A stretch of 64,000 nt of DNA from Candidatus Gottesmanbacteria bacterium (GTDB lineage Bacteria; Patescibacteriota; Microgenomatia; UBA10105; UBA927): NCBI GenBank assembly GCA_963701185.1, contig OY969569.1, positions 181,735 to 245,734 of the forward strand, given 5' to 3'. Below the pieces are notes generated by a model, which made no database searches, had not been told where the DNA came from, and saw only the letters and a list, made by a program, of their open reading frames with translations. Below, one piece after another: positions 36,681-46,945 of this stretch. Position 1 is the stretch's first letter. Each line of letters starts with the position of its first letter. The position numbers and the translations under genes are program-made.

Positions 36681-38074
36681 TGGAAAAAATAATTGCTAAA
36701 TATTTTATTGCCCTCCTTGCTGGCATAGGACTGTTGGCGTGTGTCCTCCGGCTGTATCACATAACCTATCCCGTCGCTGACTGGCACAGCTGGCGCCAGT
36801 CGGATACGGCGGCGGTCGCACGGAATTTCCTCCGGTTCGGCATCGACCCCCTGCACCCGCGGTATGACGACCTTTCCAACATCCAGTCCGGCAAAGATAA
36901 CCCTCAGGGGTGGCGCATGGTGGAATTCCCGCTGTATCAGACTATCGGCGCCTATGTAAAATTGAGTCTTCCAAAAATTCCTTTAGAAGTTTTACTACGT
37001 GTTGTCACGATCGTTGCATCAGTGGGAACAACGATTTTGTTGGGTCTCCTGGTGGCGCAACTCGTCGATCCTTTGACCGGCATAGTATCCGCGCTTCTTT
37101 TCGCTGTACTTCCTTACAGTGTTTACTACGGGAGAACTATACTGCCGGAACCACACGTAGTATTTTGGTCGGTTTTAAGTCTCTGGCTGGTGTCGCGCAG
37201 GTGGACTCTGTTGGGCAGTGTCGCCGGTGCGCTTGCTTTACTGTCAAAACCGATGGCGGTATTTTTACTTCTTCCTATCCCGTATATCATTTTTAAACAT
37301 TATGGTGTTTCAAAACAAATGTTCTTTAAATGTTTGGTGTACGGAATTATTTCTCTTGTGCCGCTTTTCTTGTGGCGCCGCTGGATTTTGCAGTTTCCGG
37401 AAGGCATTCCGGTAAGCACGTGGCTGTTAAACGGAAACGGCATCCGCTTCAAGGGCGCATGGTTCCACTGGCTGTTTGCGACGCGACTGGGGGACATAAT
37501 GCTTGGTTTTTGGGGTCTTATTCCGTTCGGGGTAGGTCTTACCCTTCAGCCGAATAAAAAAGAGGGGTGGATATTCCGGTGGCTGGGGATCGGCGCGCTT
37601 CTGTACCTTATTATATTTGCGACAGGCAATGTTCAGCATGATTATTACCAAATATTAATCATACCGGCAGTTGCGATATTTGCGGGAAAGGGGTTGCGTC
37701 AGATGCGCCCGTGGCTGGCAATCGTTTCTCTGATATTCATGCTTTCGTTTTCGTGGTTTACCATACGGACATACTATTGGATTAACCGCGCCGAGATTGT
37801 TGAAGCGGGACAAGCGGCGGACAGAATTCTTCCGAAAGACGCAAAAGTGATCGCGCCGTACAATGGCGATACCACGTTTTTGTATCAGACACAGCGGCAG
37901 GGGTGGCCGCTGGGATTTGATATCGATAAGAAAATCGCCATGGGAGCGACCGCCTACGTGACGGTGTCTCCGACGGATGCGGATACGGAAACCCGTGATC
38001 TCGCCGCTACATACACGGTATTGGTTCGAAACGACAAATATGCCATTATCGACTTGACAAAGCTGAAGAAATAA
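36680..38074 (+). CDS. GT-C-type membrane glycosyltransferase (ArnT/PMT-like family, weak)
   Basis: The N-terminal TM is followed by YPVADWHSWRQSDTAAVARNF and 10 or more TM helices; a 464-aa polytopic protein. Confidence 0.45.
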   Translation: MEKIIAKYFIALLAGIGLLACVLRLYHITYPVADWHSWRQSDTAAVARNFLRFGIDPLHPRYDDLSNIQSGKDNPQGWRMVEFPLYQTIGAYVKLSLPKIPLEVLLRVVTIVASVGTTILLGLLVAQLVDPLTGIVSALLFAVLPYSVYYGRTILPEPHVVFWSVLSLWLVSRRWTLLGSVAGALALLSKPMAVFLLLPIPYIIFKHYGVSKQMFFKCLVYGIISLVPLFLWRRWILQFPEGIPVSTWLLNGNGIRFKGAWFHWLFATRLGDIMLGFWGLIPFGVGLTLQPNKKEGWIFRWLGIGALLYLIIFATGNVQHDYYQILIIPAVAIFAGKGLRQMRPWLAIVSLIFMLSFSWFTIRTYYWINRAEIVEAGQAADRILPKDAKVIAPYNGDTTFLYQTQRQGWPLGFDIDKKIAMGATAYVTVSPTDADTETRDLAATYTVLVRNDKYAIIDLTKLKK

Positions 38075-38607
38075 TGATTATGAAAAAACAAAAAAAGCGA
38101 GTGGTGTACGCTTTTATTGACAGTCAAAATTTAAACTTTGGCACACGTAAGGATATCTATAGACATGGGAAAAAAATTTACACAGGGTGGAAGCTTGATT
38201 TTAGGAAGTTTCGACAGTACCTTACAGATAAATTTCGTGCGAATAAAGCGTTTTTGTTTATCGGATACATACCGCAAAATAAATCGCTTTACCGAAAGCT
38301 TCAATCTGATGGATATGAACTAATTTATAAACCTACTGTGGCAGATAATCATGGGAAAGTCAAAGGTAATGTGGATGCGGAACTTGTCTTACATGCAGCA
38401 GCAATTGAATTTTCTCATTATGAAAAAGCTGTAGTAGTATCCGGGGATGGGGATTTCCGTTGCCTTCATGAGTTTCTAGAGCGTCGTGGTAAACTTCAGG
38501 CAATTATTATTCCTAATAGATTTTCAGAGTCGAGTTTGCTTAATCAATTTCAAAAATACAAAATATTTATCGATAAGAAACAAAAGGATCTTGAATTGAA
38601 GTCATAA
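38074..38607 (+). CDS. NYN-domain (LabA/PIN-like nuclease fold) protein
   Basis: VVYAFIDSQNLNFG...GNVDAELVLHAAAIEF..YEKAVVVSGDGDFRCLHEFL: the acidic residues and the VSGDGDF motif are the NYN/LabA signature. The gene is about 36% GC while its neighbours are 50-57%. Confidence 0.7.
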   Translation: MIMKKQKKRVVYAFIDSQNLNFGTRKDIYRHGKKIYTGWKLDFRKFRQYLTDKFRANKAFLFIGYIPQNKSLYRKLQSDGYELIYKPTVADNHGKVKGNVDAELVLHAAAIEFSHYEKAVVVSGDGDFRCLHEFLERRGKLQAIIIPNRFSESSLLNQFQKYKIFIDKKQKDLELKS

Positions 38608-38700
38608 AAAGTGGGAGGCGTTGCATATGACACGTAGTCGTATGGTCGTTTCTCCCTAATGATGAATAAAGTATAGCATGACAAAAAGAATAAATCAAAT

Positions 38701-39804
38701 ATGAAAATACTATTTGTTTCAGCAGTTTTGCCGTATCCTTTGCATTCCGGCGGGCAAATCCGGATATATAATTTGCTGAAACGTCTCGGCAAAAAACATG
38801 AGATTCACGTGTATTCATTTATCCGGTCGGAAGACGAAAAAAAATATCTGCCCGAATTTTCATTTTGCAAAAATGTAACGGTCGTCCACCGCGGGCGGGT
38901 GTGGCAGCCGAAATATTTATTTACGTCAATAACCGGTACGTATCCGTTACTATGGCAAAGCTACCATAATCCCGAAATGCTGTCGCTTTTATCCGACGAA
39001 GTTGCTAAGGGTGGGTATGATCTCATTCACATCGAGCCGGGATATGTGTGGCCGTCGATCCCTACGCAACTGCGTATTCCCATTGTTGTTGCGGAACATA
39101 ATATAGAACACGAAGTGTATAAAAAGTACGTCGACGGTTTCCCGGTATCTTTTTTAAAACCATTTTTATCTCTCGATGTGTCAAAAATGATCCGATGGGA
39201 GGGTCGGGTGTGGAATGAGGCGGCTCATATAGTCACCGTTTCCGAATCCGATAAACGGTTTATAGGGAAACCCAATGTGTCCGTTGTTTCCAATGGTGTT
39301 GATATTGGTGCATATCCGTTTAAACCGAAAAAAACACCGGGATTTAAATTTTTGTATACGGGGAATTTCAGATGGATGGAAAACAGGGATGCAGCTGACT
39401 ACCTGCGTGGGACGATGTGGCCTATCATCAAGAAGCAGTACCCGCAGGCTACACTTCGGATTGTCGGGAAAGGTGCGCCTGACGGTGCGGTTGAGCATAT
39501 TCAGGATGAGCTGTGCCGCGCTGATATCATGATAGCCCCAATTCGCATTGGCGGCGGGACCAAATTTAAGATTCTTGAGGCCATGGCGGTAGGACTGCCG
39601 GTTGTTACTACGACAATCGGCGCCGAAGGAATTGACACAAAGGCATTGTGGATCGCCGATACGACTGAAGAAACTATGATGAGAATTCATGAGATTGGTA
39701 AAAACAAGCAAAAAATTATGTACGGCCGTTCGCTTGTTGAACGGGAATATAACTGGGATAGTATTGCGAAGAAACTGGATGACGTATGGAACTCTCTATC
39801 ATAA
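38701..39804 (+). CDS. GT4 (GT-B) glycosyltransferase
   Basis: MKILFVSAVLPYPLHSGGQIRIYNLLKRL...EHNIEHEVYKKY...FLYTGNFRWMENRDA...KILEAMAVGLPVVTTTIGAEGI. Confidence 0.8.
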   Translation: MKILFVSAVLPYPLHSGGQIRIYNLLKRLGKKHEIHVYSFIRSEDEKKYLPEFSFCKNVTVVHRGRVWQPKYLFTSITGTYPLLWQSYHNPEMLSLLSDEVAKGGYDLIHIEPGYVWPSIPTQLRIPIVVAEHNIEHEVYKKYVDGFPVSFLKPFLSLDVSKMIRWEGRVWNEAAHIVTVSESDKRFIGKPNVSVVSNGVDIGAYPFKPKKTPGFKFLYTGNFRWMENRDAADYLRGTMWPIIKKQYPQATLRIVGKGAPDGAVEHIQDELCRADIMIAPIRIGGGTKFKILEAMAVGLPVVTTTIGAEGIDTKALWIADTTEETMMRIHEIGKNKQKIMYGRSLVEREYNWDSIAKKLDDVWNSLS

Positions 39805-40646
39805 TCGTCAATTTCAACACAAAAGACCTGACCAAGCTGTGTCTGGATTCTATACACAAATGGTCGGAGGGAGCGTTATGGGAAATTATCGTGGTGGATA
39901 ACGGCTCGACGGACGGAAGCCGCGAAATGCTTAGAAAATATACCGGGATAACGCTCATTTTGAACAAAAAGAACCTGGGGTTTGCGAAGGCAAATAACAA
40001 AGGGATACATATTGCGAAAGGAAAATATATTCTGCTTCTCAACTCCGATACGGAGCTTCGGCAGGACAGCGTCCGGACGATGCTGCGGTTTATGGACGGG
40101 CATCTGAAAGCAGGAGCGGCAACCTGCCGGTTGGATTTACCTTCCGGTGCTATGGATCCTGCCTGTCACCGCGGATTTCCGACACCATGGGTATCGTTGA
40201 CATACCTCACAGGACTGGAGAGGATATTTCCAAAGTCGAAATTATTTGGCCGGTATCACATGGGCTATAAAAATCTGACGATCCCGCATCAGGTGGACGT
40301 CATAAGCGGTGCGTTTTTCCTGGCACGCCGGGAGGCAATTGACCAGGTGGGATTGCTTGATGAAGACTATTTTATGTATGCGGAAGATATTGATTGGGCG
40401 TATCGGTTTAAACAAAAGGGCTGGGAGATTTGGTTTAATCCGGAGGCGACCGTTTTGCATAAAAAGAAGCAGAGCGGAAGAAGTAATCTCCTGCGTTCCC
40501 GCGCCGTTACCACAGAGATTTATTTTCACACCTACAATTGGTTATTTTTCAAAAAGCATTATGCAAAAAAATACGGTCCGATTGTCGGATGTGCAGTGAA
40601 CACGTTCTATCGGTGGAAACTTCATTCATATGAAAATCGGCATTGA
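39786..40646 (+). CDS. family 2 glycosyltransferase (rhamnosyltransferase-like)
   Basis: LSIIIVNFNTKDLTKLCLDSI...EIIVVDNGSTDGS...KNLGFAKANNKGIHIAKGKYILLLNSDTE...SGAFFLARREA...EDIDWAYR. Confidence 0.8.
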   Translation: MELSIIIVNFNTKDLTKLCLDSIHKWSEGALWEIIVVDNGSTDGSREMLRKYTGITLILNKKNLGFAKANNKGIHIAKGKYILLLNSDTELRQDSVRTMLRFMDGHLKAGAATCRLDLPSGAMDPACHRGFPTPWVSLTYLTGLERIFPKSKLFGRYHMGYKNLTIPHQVDVISGAFFLARREAIDQVGLLDEDYFMYAEDIDWAYRFKQKGWEIWFNPEATVLHKKKQSGRSNLLRSRAVTTEIYFHTYNWLFFKKHYAKKYGPIVGCAVNTFYRWKLHSYENRH

Positions 40647-41629
40647 TGCGCGGCTCATGTTCGAAACGGGTGTAGGCCGGTATATCCGGAATCTTATCGT
40701 AGAACTGGGAAAGATCGACCGTACGAATTCCTACGTCGTCTTTTTGCGGAAAAATGCGTACGACGGGTTCCAACTGCCCAATGTCAGGTGGGAGAAACGG
40801 ATGGCGGATATCCGCTGGCATAGCATGACGGAACAGCTATTCATGCCCGCGATTTTTAACCGTGAGCGTCTTGATCTTCTGCATGTCCCGTATTTTAATG
40901 CCCCCCTTTTCTATTTCAGGAAATTTATCGTTACCATCCATGATCTGACCATATTGCATTTTGATACGGGAAAAGCAACGACATCACCATATGTGTTGTA
41001 TCAAATCCGCAGGCTGGGATATTACATTTCCCTGTTAAAAGCGATTTTCTGGAGTGAAAAAGTAATCGCCGTTTCCCAAACAACAAAAAAAGAAATTCTC
41101 GATCATTTCGATGTACCGGCCGACCATATTGAGGTTGTTTATGAAGGATAAATATTTTCTTTACGTCGGGAACGCTTATCCCCATAAAAATCTTGAGACA
41201 CTGATACGTGCTGCGGCACAGGCCGGCGTCCGCGTGATATTCGTCGGGAAGAGCGATTTTTTCTACAAACGGCTAGGTATACAGCCGAAAACAGTCAGCG
41301 ATAAAGAGCTGTGGGATTTATATCGCCATGCGCAGGCATTCGTGTTTCCGTCACTCATGGAAGGATTCGGACTGCCGGCTCTCGAAGCGCTCGCCAATAA
41401 CTGCCCGGTGATCGTCAGCGATATCCCGATTTTTCATGAACTATTAAAATCTTCGGCAATCTATTTTAATCCGCACAGTGTAGAGAATCTTGCAAAGATT
41501 TTAAAACAAGCGGAAAAAATAAGACCAACAGTTAATTCGGATATTGTTAAGAAGTATTCCTGGCAGAAAATGGCAAAGGAGACGCTTCTCATCTATGAAC
41601 ATAGCACTCGTGTACGATCGGGCGAATAA
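40630..41629 (+). pseudogene. GT4 glycosyltransferase split by a +1 frame change (N-domain 40630..41151, C-domain 41111..41629)
   Basis: Frame 1 ends ...HIEVVYEG* at 41151. Frame 2 from 41111 reads (M)KDKYFLYVGNAYPHKNLETL...EGFGLPALEALANNCPVIVSD, the GT4 C-domain. The two halves together make a GT4, but the inter-domain linker would be only about 2 aa (about 20 is normal). There is no homopolymer at the junction. Confidence 0.5.
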
Positions 41630-42665
41630 ATGGGGCGGGGCGGAGAGGGTACTATTGGCTCTTCATGAGATTTGGCCGGAAGCCCCACTCTATACGGCAG
41701 TGTACGATCCCAAGCGCGCATCCTGGGCAAAGGTGTTCCGCGTCAAAGCGTCTTTTTTACAGCACGTGCCGCTGGCCCGTCGGCATCATGAATTTTTCCC
41801 CTGGCTGACCCCGATGGCATTTGAGACGTTTTCGTTTGATGAGTATGACGTGGTGCTGTCCGTAACCTCTGCAGAAGCAAAAGACATTATTACGAAACCG
41901 GGTACCGTCCACATCTGTTATTGCCTGACTCCCACACGGTACTTATGGAGCGGGCAAAAGGAATACGAGGGCGCGGGGTTTGCGGGCGACGTGTTACGTG
42001 TTTTTGCACCGACGTTACGGAAATGGGATGCTGTCGCGGCTGCACGGCCTGATTATTACCTCGCTATTTCAAAACGCGTTGGTGAAAGGATTAAGAAATA
42101 TTACGAAAGAAAAGTCGAGAAAGTTATTTATCCGCCCGTAGATACAAAAACATTTAGGCCGAAGGGCAATGGGAGTTATTTTCTTTGTGTCGCAAGACTC
42201 GTTCCGTATAAAAAAGTAGATATCCTTATCAATGCTTTTAACGAATTAGGATGGGAATTAAAAATAGTCGGCTCGGGAAGTCAGAAAAACTATCTGAAAA
42301 GAATTGCAAAAAATAATATAGAATTTGCCGGTGGCGATTTGACAGATAAGGAGCTTACTGCCTATTATCAAAAGGCCCGTGCTTTTGTTTTTACCGGCGA
42401 CGAAGATTTCGGTATCGTATCGCTTGAGGCGCAGGCATGCGGAAAACCGATCATATGTCCCCGCAAGTCCGGAATGGCAGAAACAGTCATTGAAGGCGAG
42501 ACAGGGGAATTATTTGATACGGATGTGATAGGTACGTTGCAAATGTTTGCTAAAAAAAGGTATGATAGCGGCCTGTGCAGATCAAATGCAGAAAAATTTT
42601 CTATTACCCGTTTTCAGAAAGAAATGAAAGTGACGGTTGAACGATTAGCAAAACAAACTCTATGA
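41595..42665 (+). CDS. GT4 (GT-B) glycosyltransferase
   Basis: MNIALVYDRANKWGGAERVLLALHEIW...FLCVARLVPYKKVD...FGIVSLEAQACGKPIICPRKSGMAETV. The track ORF starts upstream at 41544; ATG 41595 is the likely start. Confidence 0.8.
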   Translation: MNIALVYDRANKWGGAERVLLALHEIWPEAPLYTAVYDPKRASWAKVFRVKASFLQHVPLARRHHEFFPWLTPMAFETFSFDEYDVVLSVTSAEAKDIITKPGTVHICYCLTPTRYLWSGQKEYEGAGFAGDVLRVFAPTLRKWDAVAAARPDYYLAISKRVGERIKKYYERKVEKVIYPPVDTKTFRPKGNGSYFLCVARLVPYKKVDILINAFNELGWELKIVGSGSQKNYLKRIAKNNIEFAGGDLTDKELTAYYQKARAFVFTGDEDFGIVSLEAQACGKPIICPRKSGMAETVIEGETGELFDTDVIGTLQMFAKKRYDSGLCRSNAEKFSITRFQKEMKVTVERLAKQTL

Positions 42666-43744
42666 AAGCAGTCATATTTGCAGGCGGAGTAGGGACCAGG
42701 CTCTGGCCCCTTTCCCGGAAAAAATCTCCGAAGCAATTTGAAAAAATTATCGGCAATCAATCAACGCTGCAACTTGCGGCTAATAGGTTGCAACCGGATT
42801 TTAGTTGGAATAATATCTATGTTTCAACCGGGAAACCATATGTGGAAATCGTTCAGAAACAATTGGGGAAGTTGCCGCCCGATCACGTGATCGGCGAGCC
42901 CGAGATGCGGGATGTCGGGCCGGCGGTCGGCCTCATTACGTCTTTACTCGTCCGGGATTTTCCGTTGGAACCCATGGTGATCGTTTGGAGCGATCATTTG
43001 GTAAAAAAAGAAGCATTGTTCAGAAAAATTCTTTTGTCCGCCGGCAGTGTTGTTGCAAAAGATCCCGACCGGATTGTGTTTATTGCCCAGAAACCGCGAT
43101 TCGCAAGTGAAAATTTAGGATGGATAGAATTCGGCAAAGAAATGCAGACGGCAAAAGGGATCCCCGTCTATTCTTTCGTTGATTTTCAATACAGGCCGGA
43201 TGCCGCCACCGCAAAACGGTATTTTGAAAGCGGCAGTCACGCGTGGAATCTCGGGTATTTTGTTACCACGCCGCAATTTTTATGGTCGCAATATAAGAAA
43301 TTTGCCCCAAACATCTATACGGGGCTTTCCCGTATTGCGGACAGTTGGCATACCGGCAGATATGAGGAAACGCTCTCCGCCGTGTATCCGACGCTCGAAA
43401 AAATCAGTTTCGATAACTTGATATTGGAAAAATTAAATCCATCCAATGCATATGTCATTTCCGAAGATATTGAATGGAGTGATATCGGCGCATGGGAAGC
43501 CCTCAAAGAAGCCCTTGAGGATGCCGCGGATAAAAACGTAACGGAGGGAAAGGTACTCCTCACCGATACCGAAGATTCTTTGGTCTATAATTACACAGGG
43601 TCGCTTGTGGCAACGATAGATGTCAACGACGCGCTGATTGTCGCAACGAATGATGTTATACTTGTGTGCAGCAAATCTTCGGTGCCGAAGATAAAGAAAC
43701 TTGTCGAGAGCTTGAAGGGTACCCAAAACGAGCATCTTACCTGA
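42662..43744 (+). CDS. manC: mannose-1-phosphate guanylyltransferase-like sugar nucleotidyltransferase (no PMI domain)
   Basis: MKAVIFAGGVGTRLWPLSRKKSPKQF...GEPEMRDVGPAV...IVWSDHLV is the ManC/GDP-mannose pyrophosphorylase N-terminal signature. The length is 360 aa. Confidence 0.7.
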   Translation: MKAVIFAGGVGTRLWPLSRKKSPKQFEKIIGNQSTLQLAANRLQPDFSWNNIYVSTGKPYVEIVQKQLGKLPPDHVIGEPEMRDVGPAVGLITSLLVRDFPLEPMVIVWSDHLVKKEALFRKILLSAGSVVAKDPDRIVFIAQKPRFASENLGWIEFGKEMQTAKGIPVYSFVDFQYRPDAATAKRYFESGSHAWNLGYFVTTPQFLWSQYKKFAPNIYTGLSRIADSWHTGRYEETLSAVYPTLEKISFDNLILEKLNPSNAYVISEDIEWSDIGAWEALKEALEDAADKNVTEGKVLLTDTEDSLVYNYTGSLVATIDVNDALIVATNDVILVCSKSSVPKIKKLVESLKGTQNEHLT

Positions 43745-43758
43745 CCGTCTTAGTTCGT

Positions 43759-44397
43759 ATGATATACACATTTAGCAAACGGTGCATCGATGTTGTCGGA
43801 AGCCTATTTCTTTGTATATTGTTTTTACCCGTTTGTATCATCACGGCTATTGCAATTGTTCTGGATAGCCCCGGGCCGGTATTTGCCGATACACCCCAGC
43901 GGGTCGGCAAAAACGGGAAGCTTTTTAAACTCTATAAATTCCGTTCAATGGTGATCAACGCTCATGAAAAATTGCGCAATGACCCCAAGCTGGCAAAACT
44001 CTACAGCGAATATAAGCGGAATAGTTATAAACTGCTGGATGACCCTCGTGTAACGAGAGTCGGCCGCTTTATCAGGAAACACTCATTGGATGAGATACCT
44101 CAACTATTAAATGTTATCCGCGGTGATATGAGTTTGGTCGGTCCCCGGCCGTATTACCCCGACGAACTGGTTGAACAACAAAGGAAATACCCCCATACGA
44201 AAGATCTGGTGAGAATCGTGCTTTCGGCAAAGCCCGGCATCACCGGGCATTGGCAGGTATCGGGGCGAAGTGAGGTAAATTTTGATAAGCGCATCAAAAT
44301 GGACGCGGATTATGTGAAGAAACGGTCGCTTGTCATGGATATTGCGATCCTTCTTCGCAGTCCCTGGGCTATGATTTCCGGTAAAGGGGCTGTATAA
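43759..44397 (+). CDS. undecaprenyl-phosphate sugar-1-phosphate transferase (small bacterial sugar transferase, PglC/WbaP C-domain type)
   Basis: KRCIDVVGSLFLCILFLPVCIITAIAIVLDSPGPVF..QRVGKNGKLFKLYKFRSM...DEIPQLLNVIRGDMSLVGPRP...PGITGHWQVSGRS..DFDKRIKMD are all hallmark blocks of the initiating phosphoglycosyl transferases. ATG 43759; the track ORF 43666 is an upstream extension. Confidence 0.85.
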   Translation: MIYTFSKRCIDVVGSLFLCILFLPVCIITAIAIVLDSPGPVFADTPQRVGKNGKLFKLYKFRSMVINAHEKLRNDPKLAKLYSEYKRNSYKLLDDPRVTRVGRFIRKHSLDEIPQLLNVIRGDMSLVGPRPYYPDELVEQQRKYPHTKDLVRIVLSAKPGITGHWQVSGRSEVNFDKRIKMDADYVKKRSLVMDIAILLRSPWAMISGKGAV

Positions 44398-44404
44398 TAT
44401 TTTT

Positions 44405-46378
44405 ATGCCCGAGGAATTGAAAAAAATTGAACTGCAAACAACACCGGCAACGCCGCCTGTGAAGCCGAAAAAGAAATTTCCATGGAAAGTTATCGGGATC
44501 CCGTTGGGAATTATATTACTTATCCTGGTCGTACTGGGTATTATGCTTTTGCCCCTCCGGGGTGTGATCGCTAAGGCGCCGGCGGTGATCGCAGCAGCAA
44601 GGGAAACGGGTGCCGCGATTAAAAAGCAGGATCTTGTTAAAACAAAAGAAGGGCTTACGGAGACCCGGACAACGCTCACGGCACTGCGCAATGAATATAA
44701 CAAAGTGCTTGTGCTGAAAGTCGTGCCTGTACTCGGCGCGTATATTTCCGACGGCGACCATGCCATCAAAGCGGGGTTTGCAGGGCTTGATGCGGGAGAC
44801 GCGGCTGTTGCGGCCCTGGAACCGAATGCGGATTTATTAGGGCTTAAGGGAAAGGGAAACTTCGTTTCCGGAACTGCAGATGACCGGATCCAGACGGCTG
44901 TCAAAACCATGAACGCGTTGGTTCCCAAAATCAATGCCATGGCGGCGTCCGTTGATACGCTCCGAAAAGAAATTGATTATATCAACCCCGATCGCTATCC
45001 GGATCACATCGGGAAAACATCCATCCGTCCGCAGCTGGTGGGAGCCAAAGAAGTCATAGAAAACGCCGCAAACTTATTTGTGAACGCACAGCCTCTTCTC
45101 ACCAATTTGCCGAACATCCTCGGGTATCCTACGGAAAAGCGGTATCTGGTTATTTTCCAGAACGATAAGGAATTGCGGCCCACAGGCGGCTTCATGACCG
45201 CCTACGCACAATTCCGGTTTGTCGGAGGGAAAGCAATTTTGGAGAAATCCGATGATATCTATGCCCTGGATGCCGCGCTCACGAAAAAATATCCGGCTCC
45301 TCCTGAAATTCTTACGTACTTGCCCGGTGTATACAACTTAAACATTCGGGATTCAAATCTGTCGCCGGATTTTAAACTTTCCATGCAGCAATTTCGATCA
45401 ATGTATGACAATACATCAGGGACTGAACACAAGATAGACGGCATAGTAACTATGGATACGCATGTACTTGTGGAAACCCTCAAAATATTGGGACCGATTA
45501 CCGCCTCCGGCCGGGTATTCAGCGCTGAAATTGATAAGCGCTGCAACTGTGCGGGGGCGATTTATGAGCTTGAGGACTATTCGTCACGGCCCGTCAATTA
45601 CGTTCGTACAGACCGGAAAGGCGAGATCGGAGAACTCATGCGCGCAATGCTGCAGATGGCCCTGGGTGTGTCCCCGTCTAAGTATTGGGGGAATCTATTC
45701 CAAATGCTGTTAACTGAAATTTCCGACAAACACGTTCAGGCGTACTTTACGGACGGAGCGATACAAAAAGCCGCCGAGAGCTTTAATATGGCGGGCCGTA
45801 TCATGACGGCGTCCGAGAGCGCGGCGATTCTTAAATATCAGGAGGGGAAAGGGTGGGATTATCTTCATATTAACGAGTCCAACATGGGCGGCGCGAAAGC
45901 CAATATGTTTGTATCGGAGAAAATTACGAAAGATACGGTTGTTAATGCGGACGGAACGATGACGACCAAGCTGACGATCGATTATAAAAATCCGTATAAG
46001 GGAAGCGATTGCGGTCTGGAGTCCGGCGGATTGTGCCTGAATGCGCCGCTGCGGAACTGGATCCGGGTGTATGTTCCGGCCGGAAGTACGCTCAAGGAAA
46101 GCAAAGGAACGCAATCGCCTAAAGACGGTAAAGCTTCACCGATGACCACGTCCGCCAGCCTGGGGAAAACCGTTTTTGAGGGGTTTGTCGTCGTTAATCC
46201 TCTGGGAGTGGCCCAGCTTACTTTGACCTATACCTCGCCCGTGAAGGAAACTGACGGGAAATACCGTCTTCTTATTCAGAGGCAGTCGGGTTCCAGCGAC
46301 CAGAATGTTATTTTGAAACTGAACGGCCGTGAGAAAGTGAATACGACGCTTCTGTCCGATACGGAATTTACCCTCTAA
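44405..46378 (+). CDS. DUF4012-family membrane-anchored protein
   Basis: A proline-rich N-terminus and a single TM (VIGIPLGIILLILVVLGIMLL) are followed by a large soluble domain containing YLVIFQNDKELRPTGGFMTAYAQ, which I recognise as the DUF4012 core motif (QN..E.R.TGG). This family is often adjacent to polysaccharide initiation genes. Confidence 0.55.
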   Translation: MPEELKKIELQTTPATPPVKPKKKFPWKVIGIPLGIILLILVVLGIMLLPLRGVIAKAPAVIAAARETGAAIKKQDLVKTKEGLTETRTTLTALRNEYNKVLVLKVVPVLGAYISDGDHAIKAGFAGLDAGDAAVAALEPNADLLGLKGKGNFVSGTADDRIQTAVKTMNALVPKINAMAASVDTLRKEIDYINPDRYPDHIGKTSIRPQLVGAKEVIENAANLFVNAQPLLTNLPNILGYPTEKRYLVIFQNDKELRPTGGFMTAYAQFRFVGGKAILEKSDDIYALDAALTKKYPAPPEILTYLPGVYNLNIRDSNLSPDFKLSMQQFRSMYDNTSGTEHKIDGIVTMDTHVLVETLKILGPITASGRVFSAEIDKRCNCAGAIYELEDYSSRPVNYVRTDRKGEIGELMRAMLQMALGVSPSKYWGNLFQMLLTEISDKHVQAYFTDGAIQKAAESFNMAGRIMTASESAAILKYQEGKGWDYLHINESNMGGAKANMFVSEKITKDTVVNADGTMTTKLTIDYKNPYKGSDCGLESGGLCLNAPLRNWIRVYVPAGSTLKESKGTQSPKDGKASPMTTSASLGKTVFEGFVVVNPLGVAQLTLTYTSPVKETDGKYRLLIQRQSGSSDQNVILKLNGREKVNTTLLSDTEFTL

Positions 46379-46381
46379 CGC

Positions 46382-46933
46382 ATGCGCCTCTATACCGCAG
46401 AAGGTATTATTCTCAAACGTAATAATGTCGGAGAAACAGATCGGATCCTCACGATATTTACCAAAATGTACGGCAAGGTCCATGTGGTGGCCCGCGGTGT
46501 CCGCAAGGTGTCGAGTAAACGCGCGCCGCACATAGAAGTGTTCAACCGAGCGGTTATAACGCTTCACAAAGGTAAGGGGATGGATACGCTGACGGAAGTG
46601 TCGCCAGTCGCTTCATACGATGCAATCCGGAATGATTTGAGGAGGGTGGGTGCCGCGTATTATCTTTGTGAACTTATTGATGGCCTTCTTCCGGAAGCGC
46701 AGGCTCACGAAGACGTATTTGCCCTCCTGTGTGATGCATTTGCCGCGCTCTCAACTGTGAAAAAAGATCGTGTTGATGTTCTTCGTGAGCGCTTTGCAGC
46801 GGCACTCCTTCGCGCGCTCGGGTTTCTGGAACGGGGGAAGAAGCCCCCGACGGGATCTTTGGATTCCTATGTTGAACAGCTCCTGGAGCGCCATCTCAAA
46901 ACCGTGCGGCTGGCTTCACACTTCAACATTTGA
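46382..46933 (+). CDS. recO: DNA repair protein RecO (short form)
   Basis: MRLYTAEGIILKRNNVGETDRILTIFTKMYGKVHVVARGVRK is an OB-fold N-terminus typical of RecO, followed by a helical domain. It is 183 aa, shorter than E. coli RecO. Confidence 0.65.
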   Translation: MRLYTAEGIILKRNNVGETDRILTIFTKMYGKVHVVARGVRKVSSKRAPHIEVFNRAVITLHKGKGMDTLTEVSPVASYDAIRNDLRRVGAAYYLCELIDGLLPEAQAHEDVFALLCDAFAALSTVKKDRVDVLRERFAAALLRALGFLERGKKPPTGSLDSYVEQLLERHLKTVRLASHFNI

Positions 46934-46945
46934 TACAATTTACTC

